NCBI GenBank assembly: GCA_964567215.1
Contig: CAZMLS010000002.1
Location: 1 to 44,207 of the forward strand
Source: an uncultured Atribacterota bacterium
GTDB taxonomy: Bacteria > Atribacterota > Phoenicimicrobiia > Phoenicimicrobiales > Phoenicimicrobiaceae
Direction: 5' to 3'
Length of the DNA: 44,207 nt
Shown: one piece after another, positions 19,546 through 29,149 of the stretch
Layout: every line of letters starts with the position of its first letter
Numbering within the stretch: the first letter of the stretch is position 1
Program-made: the position numbers and the translations under genes
The notes under the pieces: model-generated
Told to the model about the DNA's origin: nothing
Databases searched by the model: none
Seen by the model: only the letters and a program-made list of their open reading frames with translations

Positions 19546-20681
19546 AAAATAACTGCCTTACCTTTTTCAATTTTAAATATTTTACCTTTATCTAAAATAT
19601 TTTTATTAAAATAATTTAAGCTTATACTGGTAATAAAGGTTTGAATTTCTTTATTAATAATTAGATCCAATAAGAAATATCTTCTCTTCTCATCTAATTC
19701 TGACATGACATCATCTAAAAAAAGAATTGGATATACTCCTTCTCTTTCTTTAATTAGGTCTAACTCTGCCAGTTTTAATGTAAGAATTGAGGTTCTTTGT
19801 TGTCCTTGAGACCCATAAAATGCAACATTAACCTGATTAATATAAACCAGGAAATCGTCCCTGTGCGGACCAATCAATGTTGTCCTGCTATTTAATTCTT
19901 TTTCTTTAAATTTATCAATCTTTTCTTTAAATTTTTTCTTTATTATTTCGGGTTTTTCTTCACATTTATTGTATACATTGGTTTGGTAAATTAAATTTAA
20001 AGTTTCCTGATTTTCAGTAATTTCCCTATGGAATTTATCGGCTATCTGACTGATTTTTTTTAAGAACCTGGTTCTGGTTAGAATTAAAAAAGTTCCGCAT
20101 TCTATCAATTGGGAATCCCAAAGAGAGAGGTTTTTTTCTTTTTCCCGATTAACATAATTATTTTTTAAAATAATATTCCGGTGAGATAAAATTCGATGGT
20201 ATTTTAGAAGATACTTATAATATAAAGGGTAAATTTGAGATATTTGTTCATTTAAAAATTTTCTCCTTAATGAAGGAGATCCTTTAATAACCTGAAGATG
20301 TTCCGGGGAAAAAACCACTCCTTTAAATTCTTTGTTTAGCTGTAATTTTTTTTTAAAGTTTTGATTTATTTTTATTGTTTTAATTAATTTATTTTTATCA
20401 AAATTTTCAACTTTTTTTTCTAGTGAAATATTAATTTTATAATTATTTTCTTTTTTATAAATGGAAGCATGAAGGTAAGTTGAGTTATTATCCCAATTTA
20501 TTAATTGTGTGTCATAATTTGTTCTATAAGAAGTTCCTTTTACAATAAAATTTAAGGCTTCTAATATATTGGTTTTTCCCTGGGCATTATCTCCAATAAA
20601 AATATTTATGTTGCGATCAAAATTTAAATTTATGTCTATAAAATTTCTATAGTTTACCAATCTTAACTGATTAAAATACAA
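19542..20681 (-). CDS. recF: DNA replication/repair protein RecF
   Basis: Walker A GDNAQGKTNILEA, SMC-like signature GSQGQQRT and Walker B ILFLDDVMSELD. dnaN-recF synteny. Confidence 0.96.
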   Translation of the reverse strand: MYFNQLRLVNYRNFIDINLNFDRNINIFIGDNAQGKTNILEALNFIVKGTSYRTNYDTQLINWDNNSTYLHASIYKKENNYKINISLEKKVENFDKNKLIKTIKINQNFKKKLQLNKEFKGVVFSPEHLQVIKGSPSLRRKFLNEQISQIYPLYYKYLLKYHRILSHRNIILKNNYVNREKEKNLSLWDSQLIECGTFLILTRTRFLKKISQIADKFHREITENQETLNLIYQTNVYNKCEEKPEIIKKKFKEKIDKFKEKELNSRTTLIGPHRDDFLVYINQVNVAFYGSQGQQRTSILTLKLAELDLIKEREGVYPILFLDDVMSELDEKRRYFLLDLIINKEIQTFITSISLNYFNKNILDKGKIFKIEKGKAVIL

Positions 20682-20909
20682 TTTTTTATCCTGTATGCTT
20701 TTATTTATTTAACCTATAATCTTAAAGAAGAATTAATATATCATATATTACAGAAAATAAAAAGTAATATATGATAGGTGTATAAGTAATAAATAACTAT
20801 CACTAAATTTTATACTAACCCTCCGTATGTATTGATTATACTTTGTCGAATATCGAATTAATAAAAAACTAGCGAAAAAATGAAAAAGGAGAAAAAGTAT
20901 GAAAAATAA

Positions 20910-22070
20910 TTAATCTGTTCTTACCGGCATTAAGATATATAAATAATTTTTATCTTTCTCGGGATGAATAATAACAGGATTTAAGGGATCATTAAATTTT
21001 ATTTCAATATTTTTTGTTTTTATTATTTTTAATATATCTAATATATATTTTGAATTAAAGGTAATAATAATATCTTTTCCTTTTTTAAAACAAATAATGG
21101 TTTCATGGGCTTCTCCAATATTTTGACTTAAGGCTTTTATAATAATTTCACATTTTTTTTCAGAAACATCTTCTTTGTTTTCAATTTTCAGTTTTACGGT
21201 ATTCAGGTCCTCTCTTACAAAAAGTGAGATTCTTTCCATTTTATTTCTAAACTCATCGGTATTTATTTTTATTTCAGTTTTAAACGATTTTGGCATTATC
21301 TGGTGGTAATTTGGAAATTGACCTTCAATTAACCTGGAATATATTCTAATACTATTTTTCTGACCATTTGGAAATAATATAAATACAATTTGTTTTTCTC
21401 CCACATTTATTTCCACAAATACTTCTTTTTCATCAGTTAATAATTTATATAATTCTGATAAAGTTCTATAAGGGATAATAACTTCACCCTCTTGTATTAT
21501 ATTTTCATCTATTTCAGGAGCAGGGATGGTTTTTAAGGAAAGTCTATGACTGTCAGTAGTAACAACTTCAATTTCATTATTAATTATTTTAAATAAAGCA
21601 CCATTTAAAAAAGATCTATTTTCATCTCTTGAAGCAGAAAATATTGTTTTTTGAATTGTATCTTTAAGAATTTCTTGAGACAACTTTATTTTAGATTTAA
21701 TTTCTATTTCAGGAAAATTAGAAAATTCATCCGCTGAAAATCCTAATATTTTATATACTGAATTATTTTCCTTAATGGTAGTAATATTATTTTCTTTACT
21801 TTCTACCTCAATATTTCCTTCGGGAAATTTTCTAATCAATTCACTTATAATCCTATTTGGTATTACTACTGCACCATCTTCTATTACCTGTGCAGGTATA
21901 TAACAATCTATTCCTATTTCTAAATCAGTAGCAAATAGATGAACTTTATTATCTTTATTTACTTCAAAAAGAATCCCGTTATAAATTGGTAATCCAATCT
22001 TGTTAGATATCCCCTTTTGTACTATTTGAATACCATGAATAAGACTTTCCTGAGAACATGTAAATTTCAT
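20910..22070 (-). CDS. dnaN: DNA polymerase III beta sliding clamp
   Basis: 386 aa with three-domain clamp length and pattern. Lies immediately downstream of dnaA. C-terminal LMPVR motif. Confidence 0.96.
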   Translation of the reverse strand: MKFTCSQESLIHGIQIVQKGISNKIGLPIYNGILFEVNKDNKVHLFATDLEIGIDCYIPAQVIEDGAVVIPNRIISELIRKFPEGNIEVESKENNITTIKENNSVYKILGFSADEFSNFPEIEIKSKIKLSQEILKDTIQKTIFSASRDENRSFLNGALFKIINNEIEVVTTDSHRLSLKTIPAPEIDENIIQEGEVIIPYRTLSELYKLLTDEKEVFVEINVGEKQIVFILFPNGQKNSIRIYSRLIEGQFPNYHQIMPKSFKTEIKINTDEFRNKMERISLFVREDLNTVKLKIENKEDVSEKKCEIIIKALSQNIGEAHETIICFKKGKDIIITFNSKYILDILKIIKTKNIEIKFNDPLNPVIIHPEKDKNYLYILMPVRTD

Positions 22071-22299
22071 TTTTTCTTCTCCTATTTATATATTTTATAA
22101 AGAAAAATAATAGTATTAATAGTAAGTTCTGTTAATACTGGGGAAATGATAAAAAAAATCTTTGTCTTATCATTAATAAGCTGAGGAAAATGTTCTTAAT
22201 AAAATTGAAAGATATTAACAGTATCCCCAATATATTTTCTTAATTAAAAAACCATGAAATTGTTCACACTTTTTTAACAGTACTATTAACAACTTGTTA

Positions 22300-23661
22300 T
22301 TATATATTTTTAATTTTTAAATTTAAATTATCAATGCTTGATTTTAGTCCTTTATCAGTTTTTATTTTATTTTTTATTTTATTATAGGAGTGCATAATAG
22401 TAGTATGATCTTTTCCTCCGAAGCTATCGCCAATTTCCGGAAAAGAATGTTCAGTAAGTTCCCGACAGAGATAAATAGCTACCTGCCTGGCTAAAACAAT
22501 ATTTTTATTTCTTTTTTTAGATATTAAATTGTTAATTTTAATACTATAATATTCAGAAGTTATTTTTTGAATAATGTTAATAGATATTTCTTTTCTCTCG
22601 ATTGAAATAATATCTTTTAATAATTCTTGAACTAAAGACATAGTTATCTTATTTTTAGTTAATTTAGAAAAAGCAGTTAATTTAATTAATGCTCCTTCTA
22701 ACTGTCTAATATTAGCAGGTATTTTTTCTGCAATAAAATCAATAATTTCATTAGGAATTTCTAATTGATCTTTTTCAATTTTTTTTCTTAGAATTGCAAC
22801 ACGCGTTTCAAAATCAGGAGGATAAATATCCGCAATTAAACCCCATTCAAATCGAGAAATTAAACGACTTTCCAAAGTAGGAATATCCTTTGGCGGGCGG
22901 TCACTCGTAATGACTATTTGTTTACTAGAGTCATATAAGGTATTAAACGTATGAAAAAATTCTTCCTGGGTCCTTTCTTTGCCGGCTAAGAATTGAATGT
23001 CATCAATTAATAAAACATCTACATTGCGGTATTTATTTCTAAAAGCTACTGTTTTATCGTCCCTTATTGAATTAATCAACTCATTAGTAAATTTTTCTGA
23101 AGAGATATATAATACTTGAGGTTTATCTGCTGAATCATGTTCTCTTATATAGTTGCCAATAGCTTGTAGTAGATGAGTTTTTCCTAAACCGACGCCACCA
23201 TGTAAAAATAAAGGGTTATATGCTTTCCCGGGAGATTTGGCAACTGCCTGGCTGGCAGCATGAGCAAATTGATTTGATGATCCGACTACAAAGTCATCAA
23301 AAATGTATTTTGATAATAAAGTAAACCCGTTATTATTTTTTGTAGTTATTTTCTTTTCTGTTCGTTTTTTATTTTTTTTAACCGGGCTGTTTGATAATTT
23401 ATGGTCTGTGGGTATAAATTCTATTTTTAAATTTTTATCCAAATTAAAGTTTTTATATAAGATATTCCGTATAAAATCTATATAGTGTTTTTCCAACCAG
23501 TCTTTACAAAAGGTACCGGGTACGGAAATAATAATTTTATCATCATTAAATTCAGTAATTTTAGTACGGCTAAACCAGCTATTATAAGATTGAGAAGGAA
23601 GTTTATTTTTTGTAATTTCTAAAACATTATCCCATAATTTTTCAATTTCTCTTAGATCCAT
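22300..23661 (-). CDS. dnaA: Chromosomal replication initiator DnaA
   Basis: AAA+ Walker A GGVGLGKTHLLQA, Walker B LLIDDIQFL and C-terminal DNA-binding signature IGDSFGGKDHTTIMHSYNKI. Confidence 0.98.
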   Translation of the reverse strand: MDLREIEKLWDNVLEITKNKLPSQSYNSWFSRTKITEFNDDKIIISVPGTFCKDWLEKHYIDFIRNILYKNFNLDKNLKIEFIPTDHKLSNSPVKKNKKRTEKKITTKNNNGFTLLSKYIFDDFVVGSSNQFAHAASQAVAKSPGKAYNPLFLHGGVGLGKTHLLQAIGNYIREHDSADKPQVLYISSEKFTNELINSIRDDKTVAFRNKYRNVDVLLIDDIQFLAGKERTQEEFFHTFNTLYDSSKQIVITSDRPPKDIPTLESRLISRFEWGLIADIYPPDFETRVAILRKKIEKDQLEIPNEIIDFIAEKIPANIRQLEGALIKLTAFSKLTKNKITMSLVQELLKDIISIERKEISINIIQKITSEYYSIKINNLISKKRNKNIVLARQVAIYLCRELTEHSFPEIGDSFGGKDHTTIMHSYNKIKNKIKTDKGLKSSIDNLNLKIKNI

Positions 23662-23770
23662 AGTTAAATACCGCCATATAGTAGATTTTTATAATTGTTT
23701 TATAGATTAATAAAATAAAATAAAACTATAAAAAATATTTGAAAACCTTATTTTATAAAGGTTTTAGAAG

Positions 23771-23941
23771 TTTTCCACAAAGTTAACAGGGGGTTGTGGA
23801 AAAAAAAATAAGCTGTTTTTTGTTAATTATCAGGCTTTTTTTTAGAAATATAGTATTTAATAGTTTGTTTATAGATTATGTAAAAGGCAAAATTAAAGGG
23901 TTTAGTCGAGTTATAAACAGTTTATTAACAACTGTGGAAAA
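23771..23941. promoter_or_regulatory. DnaA-box cluster 1 (3 boxes)
   Basis: TTTTCCACA at 23771-23779 on the plus strand. Its complement TGTGGAAAA is at 23795-23803 and 23933-23941. The last lies in the extended context AACTGTGGAAAA shared with cluster 2. Each differs from TTATCCACA at 2 positions. Confidence 0.6.
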
Positions 23942-24677
23942 CTAAACGCAAATCTGTGTAATTTTTAATCATAATATCAAAAATATTTGCTTTAAGCAAC
24001 GTTATTTAATAATTAAAATATCAAGTATATAGTATAAATATCGAGTTAAGAAAAGAAAAGAAAAACATTACAAGAAAATAGCATTCTTTTTTTTCTAAAT
24101 ATCTCAAAAAAAGTGTTAAATATCGCGTATCGAGCTGAGAAAAAACTAGAAAGAAAAGTAAAAAAACAAAAGCAGTACTATTTCTTAAACCATCCAACCA
24201 AAGTTTAAACTAACTAATAATTAGTAGACTAAAATAATGGTACTATTAAAAATAGTAACAATTTTACCAGTCAATTTATCAGGTATAATTCAATGACCCT
24301 GCATTCGGTAGAAATTTTATTTCATTGTTAATAGAGAGAATAATAATTTCTAAAAAACCGGCGTAATGTTAGTGGTCTATATTTTGAATCATTTCTAATT
24401 TATCTTAAAACACCAAATAGAATTATAAAATCCTGATGTTTCAGTATTTACAAAGATATTTTTCAAAAAATGAATTTTTTCTTAGTATTAATAAAGTTTA
24501 CCCTATCGTTTAATCAGCTAATTGGTCAGTTAAATTATATTTTTTAACTATTTGTATTTTTTACTAACGACTAGTTCAATTGGTTAATTGTTTAGATAAT
24601 AAATTAATCTTTATCTTTGTCTTTACCGGACAATTGGATAATTGAAAATTAGTGAATTGCTTAATTACCTTAAAAAT

Positions 24678-24707
24678 TTGACATTTAGACATAATAAAAG
24701 ATATAAT
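24678..24707 (+). promoter_or_regulatory. Promoter of the rpmH operon
   Basis: TTGACA (24678-24683), 18 nt spacer, TATAAT (24702-24707). AAGGAGAG RBS before rpmH. Confidence 0.6.
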
Positions 24708-24768
24708 TTCTTTATTAAATTTTTTAGAATTTATATTTCGTGTTAATAAAAAGGAGAGATTAAGAGAG

Positions 24769-24909
24769 ATGAAGCGTACTTATCAACCAAACACAAGAAA
24801 AAAACTTAAAGTTCATGGCTTTCGTAAGAGAATGAGCACAAAAGCCGGACAAGCAATACTAAAAAGACGACGTTTGAAAGGTCGTAAAGAATTAACCGTA
24901 TCAGATTAA
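24769..24909 (+). CDS. rpmH: 50S ribosomal protein L34
   Basis: Not in the ORF track (46 aa). My translation is [46 protein letters not shown], with an RBS and the canonical position before rnpA. Confidence 0.97.
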   Translation: MKRTYQPNTRKKLKVHGFRKRMSTKAGQAILKRRRLKGRKELTVSD

Positions 24910-24924
24910 GATTTATTTAGAGGC

Positions 24925-25263
24925 TTGGAAAAGGTTTTGATAAAGAAAAAATTATCAAATGATATTGAATTTAAAAGAGTTTTTTATAAAGGAAAAAAGA
25001 GAGAAGGCAAACATTTAAGAATATTTATATTAAAAAATCACTACAATTATAATCGACTCGGTGTAGTTATTAAAAAAGAAGTCGGAATCGCAGTTAAAAG
25101 AAATAAAATTAAAAGACAATTAAAAGAAGCATTCCAGCAAATGGACAAACAATTTATTCAAGGGTATGATATAATCATATTTGTAAAAAAAAATGCCGTT
25201 AAATTAAAATATTTGGATTGCTTAAACGAATTAGAAGATTCTTTAAAACCTATATCTAAATAA
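24925..25263 (+). CDS. rnpA: Ribonuclease P protein component
   Basis: 112 aa, basic, with a GIAVKRNKIKRQLKEAF (RNR-like) motif. Follows rpmH. TTG start as given in the track; exact start uncertain. Confidence 0.9.
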   Translation: MEKVLIKKKLSNDIEFKRVFYKGKKREGKHLRIFILKNHYNYNRLGVVIKKEVGIAVKRNKIKRQLKEAFQQMDKQFIQGYDIIIFVKKNAVKLKYLDCLNELEDSLKPISK

Positions 25264-25307
25264 AAAGAAGATTACTAATAGAATATATTCTTTAGGTAAA
25301 CAATTGA

Positions 25308-25547
25308 GTGAAAAAAATAATTATTTTTATAATAACTTTATATCAGAAGTATATATCTCCCATAAAACCTGCAACATGCAGGTTTTACCCTACCTGTTCC
25401 GAATATGCAATACAGGCTTTAACGGAATTTGGCCTGATTGAAGGGGTATGGCTTTCCGTTAAGAGAATATCTCGCTGCCATCCTTTTAATCCGGGCGGTT
25501 ATGATCCCCTGCCTGATTCCTCGCGGATAAATCATGTAAAAAAATAA
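25308..25547 (+). CDS. yidD: Membrane protein insertion efficiency factor YidD
   Basis: YQKYISP...[11 protein letters not shown]...[12 protein letters not shown] signature. GTG start. Confidence 0.93.
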   Translation: MKKIIIFIITLYQKYISPIKPATCRFYPTCSEYAIQALTEFGLIEGVWLSVKRISRCHPFNPGGYDPLPDSSRINHVKK

Positions 25548-25598
25548 TTTTAGAAAAATAAAAATGACTAAAAATAAAAGGAGAAAATTACAGAAGAT

Positions 25599-26510
25599 AT
25601 GTGGAGTACATTAACCGATTTAGTGGCACAATTATTAAGACTGCTTTATGGAATAACCCATAATTACGGCTTTGCTATTATATTACTAACTATAATAATA
25701 AGGGTAGTGCTTTATCCTTTAATGCAAAAACAGATGGTTTCCATGAGGGAAATGCAAAAAATACAGCCTTTAATGAAGGCAATTCAGAGTAAATATAAGA
25801 ACGATAAAGAGAGATTAAATAAAGAATTAATGGCTTTATACAAAGTACATAAGGTTAATCCAATGAGCGGATGTTTACCTTTGTTAATTCAAATGCCCAT
25901 ACTGATATTGCTTTTCCAAACTTTAAGAAAATTTGAATATTTAGATCCGTCCGGCAATATCTCAGGCGGCTTTTTATGGATCGCTAATCAAGTTGAAGTA
26001 ATGGTGGAAAATATCCCTACGATAGTTGCAGGGTTAGCTGCTCCCGAGCAGTTAATTCACTTACCCGGTAACGGAATTTTTAATATACAAGCCCTTGGCA
26101 TAATGCCCTTTTTAATTGGCGGCTCCATGTGGTATCAGCAAAAGATGACTACTGCCGGTTCGGGCGCAAGCGGAGGATCAGCAGAACAGACCCAGAAGAT
26201 GATGACTATTATGATGCCTTTAATGATTGGTTTTATGAGTTTTAGTCTTCCTTCCGGCCTAACACTTTATTGGTTGACTTCAACTCTCTTAGGAATCGGG
26301 CAACAATATTTAATTAATAAAAAGATGCCTGCAGCCGTTGAACCGATTAAAAGTTTGGAATCCGGGAAAAAGGAAAAACCTGTTGAGAAAGAAAATAAAA
26401 AAGAAACAAAAGCTAAAGAAGATTTTTGGATTCCCGGTTATCAAAATACAGATAATAAGAACACAAGCAAACATAGTAAAAAAATAAAAAAATATAAAAG
26501 AGATAAGTAA
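25599..26510 (+). CDS. yidC: Membrane protein insertase YidC (short Gram-positive-like form with Lys-rich tail)
   Basis: YidC/Oxa1 core (GFAIILLTIIIRVVLYPL, MSGCLPLLIQMPILI, PSGLTLYWLTS) and a basic C-terminal tail. Confidence 0.95.
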   Translation: MWSTLTDLVAQLLRLLYGITHNYGFAIILLTIIIRVVLYPLMQKQMVSMREMQKIQPLMKAIQSKYKNDKERLNKELMALYKVHKVNPMSGCLPLLIQMPILILLFQTLRKFEYLDPSGNISGGFLWIANQVEVMVENIPTIVAGLAAPEQLIHLPGNGIFNIQALGIMPFLIGGSMWYQQKMTTAGSGASGGSAEQTQKMMTIMMPLMIGFMSFSLPSGLTLYWLTSTLLGIGQQYLINKKMPAAVEPIKSLESGKKEKPVEKENKKETKAKEDFWIPGYQNTDNKNTSKHSKKIKKYKRDK

Positions 26511-26530
26511 TAATAGTTGAGGGAATTGCT

Positions 26531-27019
26531 TTGGATAAGAAAAACATGATTAAGCCGGAATTTAATCTTTCCGAAGAAGCTAAAAAAAAATTAAAAAAAA
26601 TCATTGATTTTATTTTGGAAGATGGTGATGTAGAAATCATTGACCAGGACGATACGGGGATGATTATTTTAGAAATAAAGACTGAAAATCCGGCGATAAT
26701 TATTGGCAGACATGGCCATACTCTCGATGCCATTCAACATTTGGTAAATATATTAAGTAATCGAAAATTTAAAGAAGATGAAAGAAAAAAGATTATCATT
26801 GATATAGAAGATTACAGGGCAAAAAGAAAAGATATTCTAACAAAATATGCTTTAGAAAAAGCAGATATTGTAAAAAAATACAATAAGGAAATTACACTCT
26901 GCTTTATGAACGCATCAGAAAGAAGGATTATACATGTAGTTTTACAAGAGGATCCTCTGGTAAATACTTATAGTGAGGGGACAGATCCTTACAGGAAAGT
27001 TATAATTAAACCCCAATAA
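26531..27019 (+). CDS. jag: Jag/KhpB RNA-binding protein (KH + R3H domains, short form)
   Basis: IIGRHGHTLDAIQHL (KH GXXG-like) and ERRIIH (R3H) motifs. Position after yidC. TTG start 7 nt after GAGGG. Confidence 0.88.
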   Translation: MDKKNMIKPEFNLSEEAKKKLKKIIDFILEDGDVEIIDQDDTGMIILEIKTENPAIIIGRHGHTLDAIQHLVNILSNRKFKEDERKKIIIDIEDYRAKRKDILTKYALEKADIVKKYNKEITLCFMNASERRIIHVVLQEDPLVNTYSEGTDPYRKVIIKPQ

Positions 27020-27056
27020 AACAAAAAAGATACATAAAGAGCATAAAAAAAGATAT

Positions 27057-27113
27057 AAGAAGCATAAAATAAAATATTTCCTTCCAGGTAAATATTAATC
27101 TTTTATGCTTCTT
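27057..27113 (+). terminator. Long hairpin between jag and mnmE (possible attenuator or terminator)
   Basis: aagaagcataaaa (27057-27069) pairs perfectly with ttttatgcttctt (27101-27113). An inner aatattt/aaatatt helix sits in the loop. Followed by TTGC, so the U-tract is poor. Confidence 0.4.
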
Positions 27114-27201
27114 TTGCTATATACGCTATACAAACAGAGTAAACGAGCTTACTCAATAATCAATTTAAATACTTAATAAATAGAAAAGACGGGAGTTTAT
27201 C

Positions 27202-28614
27202 ATGAGATTTTATGGAGATGATACTATTACTGCAATTTCCACTCCTATTGGTGAAGGCGGAATAGGCATTGTAAGAATCAGTGGTGTAAAAGCATTGAAT
27301 ATTGCAGAACAAATGTTTAGAAATAGAAAAGGTAACAAGGTAGCAATAAAAGGGCTAAAAAGCCATTATGTATACTATGGATTTGTTGTAGGTCCGATTA
27401 ATGAAGAAATTCTCGATGAGACCATGATGACTTTAATGAAGAAACCAAACAGTTACACTAAAGAAGATATTGTAGAATATAGCTGTCATGGGGGGATCCT
27501 GTCTTTAAATAAAGTGTTAAATGCTGTTATATTATGTGGAGCAAGAATTGCTAAACCGGGAGAATTTACCGAAAGAGCCTTCTTAAATGGGAGAATTGAT
27601 TTAAGTCAGGCAGAAGCAGTCATCGATTTAATTCAAGCAAAGACCGAGAAAAGTTTAAAATCATCAATTATTAGATTAGAAGGCGGTTTAAAGAAAAAGA
27701 TCAATGCTCTAAAAAAAAAGGTTTTAAGAATTACTTCTGAAATAGAAGCCCCAATGGATTTTCCGGAACAAGGCATAAAAGAATTAAAATATGAAGAAAT
27801 CGAAAAAAGGATAAAAAATATATTAGCAGGAATAGAAGAATTAATTAATACTTTAAATTATGGAAAGATATTAAAAGAAGGAATAAAAACTGTCATTGTA
27901 GGGAAAACAAATGTAGGCAAATCAAGTCTTTTTAATGCCCTAATAGAAGAGGATCGCGCTATTGTTGCTTCTTTGCCTGGAACGACCAGAGATGTTATTG
28001 AGGAATTAATTAACATCAAAGGGATTGTTTTTAAAATAATAGATACTGCAGGACTTAAAAATCCGGAAAACATTGTGGAAAAAATTAGCATAAGAAAGAT
28101 GAAAAAGTTTTTAAATCAGGCAGATTTGGTTTTAGCCTTATTTGATGTAAATACTCCCCTTTCCAAAGAAGACACTGAAGTTATCAATGAGGTAAATAAA
28201 GCTATTGTTAAAAAGAAAAAAGTAATTGTTATTGAGAATAAGATAGATTTAAAAGAAAATATCGAGCGACACAAGGTATTTACTCTCTTAAATATTAAAA
28301 AAAGAATTAGAATTTCTTTAAAGCACGGAGCGGGAATAAAAGAACTAAAAGAAAAATTGTATGATAGTGTATTAGATGGATTGGTTATTCCGGAAAACGG
28401 TGTATTAATAAATAACCTTAGACAAGTGGAAGCTTTGCAAAGTGCAAAAAAAGGACTAGAGAATGTAATAGAAGGAATTAAGAAAAAAGTCGCATATGAT
28501 TTTTTAACTATTGATTTGATAGATGTTTTAAATTGTTTAGGTGAAATTACAGGAGACACTGTGACCAACGATATAATTAACGATATATTTTCAAGATTCT
28601 GTATTGGAAAGTAA
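27202..28614 (+). CDS. mnmE: tRNA modification GTPase MnmE
   Basis: N-terminal DTITAISTPIGEGGIGIVRISG, G-domain GKTNVGKSSLFNAL / DTAG / ENKIDL, and C-terminal FCIGK. Confidence 0.97.
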   Translation: MRFYGDDTITAISTPIGEGGIGIVRISGVKALNIAEQMFRNRKGNKVAIKGLKSHYVYYGFVVGPINEEILDETMMTLMKKPNSYTKEDIVEYSCHGGILSLNKVLNAVILCGARIAKPGEFTERAFLNGRIDLSQAEAVIDLIQAKTEKSLKSSIIRLEGGLKKKINALKKKVLRITSEIEAPMDFPEQGIKELKYEEIEKRIKNILAGIEELINTLNYGKILKEGIKTVIVGKTNVGKSSLFNALIEEDRAIVASLPGTTRDVIEELINIKGIVFKIIDTAGLKNPENIVEKISIRKMKKFLNQADLVLALFDVNTPLSKEDTEVINEVNKAIVKKKKVIVIENKIDLKENIERHKVFTLLNIKKRIRISLKHGAGIKELKEKLYDSVLDGLVIPENGVLINNLRQVEALQSAKKGLENVIEGIKKKVAYDFLTIDLIDVLNCLGEITGDTVTNDIINDIFSRFCIGK

Positions 28615-28622
28615 AGGCAAAA

Positions 28623-28638
28623 TGTTCCACGTGGAACA
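28623..28638. promoter_or_regulatory. parS site 1 (perfect palindrome TGTTCCACGTGGAACA)
   Basis: Matches the ParB-binding consensus TGTTNCACGTGAAACA, made fully symmetric. Lies 9 nt after the mnmE stop, embedded in a 22-bp palindrome. Confidence 0.85.
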
Positions 28639-28674
28639 TTTATAAAGAATGATAAAATATTAAAAAGTAATAAC

Positions 28675-28946
28675 TGTGGACAAACTGTGGACAAACTATA
28701 CAAGCTTAACAATAAATACGTTCTAAGCAAATAATAAATATATGAAAGGGTTAACCCAGAAATAAGATAAAGATATGTTTCTTTACAAAAAAGTCAAAAA
28801 CCCTTATATAGAAAAGAAAAATAGATATTTTAATGCAAAATCACTTATTGTTTTTTCTTATTCTAATTAAATTGTAAAATGATAAAAAGACGTTAAAAGA
28901 GAGGTACAGCAATCTAAAAACAGAAATGTGCACAAACTGTGGAAAA
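28675..28946. promoter_or_regulatory. DnaA-box cluster 2 (4 co-oriented boxes)
   Basis: TGTGGACAA at 28675-28683 and 28686-28694, within the 11-nt tandem repeat aactgtggaca x2. TGTGCACAA at 28927-28935. TGTGGAAAA at 28938-28946. Extended context AAACTGTGGA[A/C]AA is shared with the box at 23933. Confidence 0.55.
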
Positions 28947-29149
28947 GTACTGCAGATAATGTAAAAAAAATACTATATTATAATAGATATAGCAAAAAAC
29001 GAGGCTATAATAACTATATAAAACATGAACTCCTATTGTTAATACAAAAATATTTACTTAGCACCGTTAGAAAATTATGGGGCAGGCATAAGTATTTTTT
29101 ATAAATTATAATAGAAATATTTTAAGAGTTAGAAACTTATACAATTTGT

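Larger units (their letters stand above)
23662..24768. other. dnaA-rpmH spacer: primary oriC candidate (very AT-rich, DnaA boxes, gene-orientation switch)
   Basis: 1.1 kb with no ORF of 60 aa or more. All genes to the left are on the minus strand and all to the right (through 38.8 kb) on the plus strand. Contains three TTTTCCACA-type boxes and long A/T runs. Confidence 0.6.

Noticed and set aside
20682-20909. Small S4-like (YaaA/RemB-type) gene between dnaN and recF, as in Firmicutes
   Set aside because: No ORF of useful length is present. There is only a 4-codon mini-ORF behind an AAGGAG at about 20898.
22071-22299. DnaA boxes and DnaA-trios in the dnaA-dnaN spacer (Bacillus incC-like second origin half)
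   Set aside because: Only weak boxes are present: TTGTTCACA at 22260-22268 and GTATCCCCA near 22222. The TAG/TAA-rich run at about 22112-22127 is 130 bp away from them and is interrupted. That arrangement does not match the box-GC cluster-trio layout.
26413-26733. 106-aa minus-strand ORF across the yidC/jag junction
   Set aside because: It is antisense to two conserved genes and has no recognisable features.
24039-28270. GTATCGAG as a strand-polarised architectural motif
   Set aside because: It occurs in four spacers (24039, 24128, and minus-strand near 11500 and 12672), but also inside the mnmE coding sequence (about 28259). The expected chance count for an 8-mer of this composition in the window is near one. 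I could not scan exhaustively by eye, so it remains unsupported.
28116-28730. 204-aa minus-strand ORF
   Set aside because: It is antisense to the well-supported mnmE gene. The product is Ser/Phe/Leu/Ile-rich, typical of the reverse frame of an AT-rich gene. It runs across parS.
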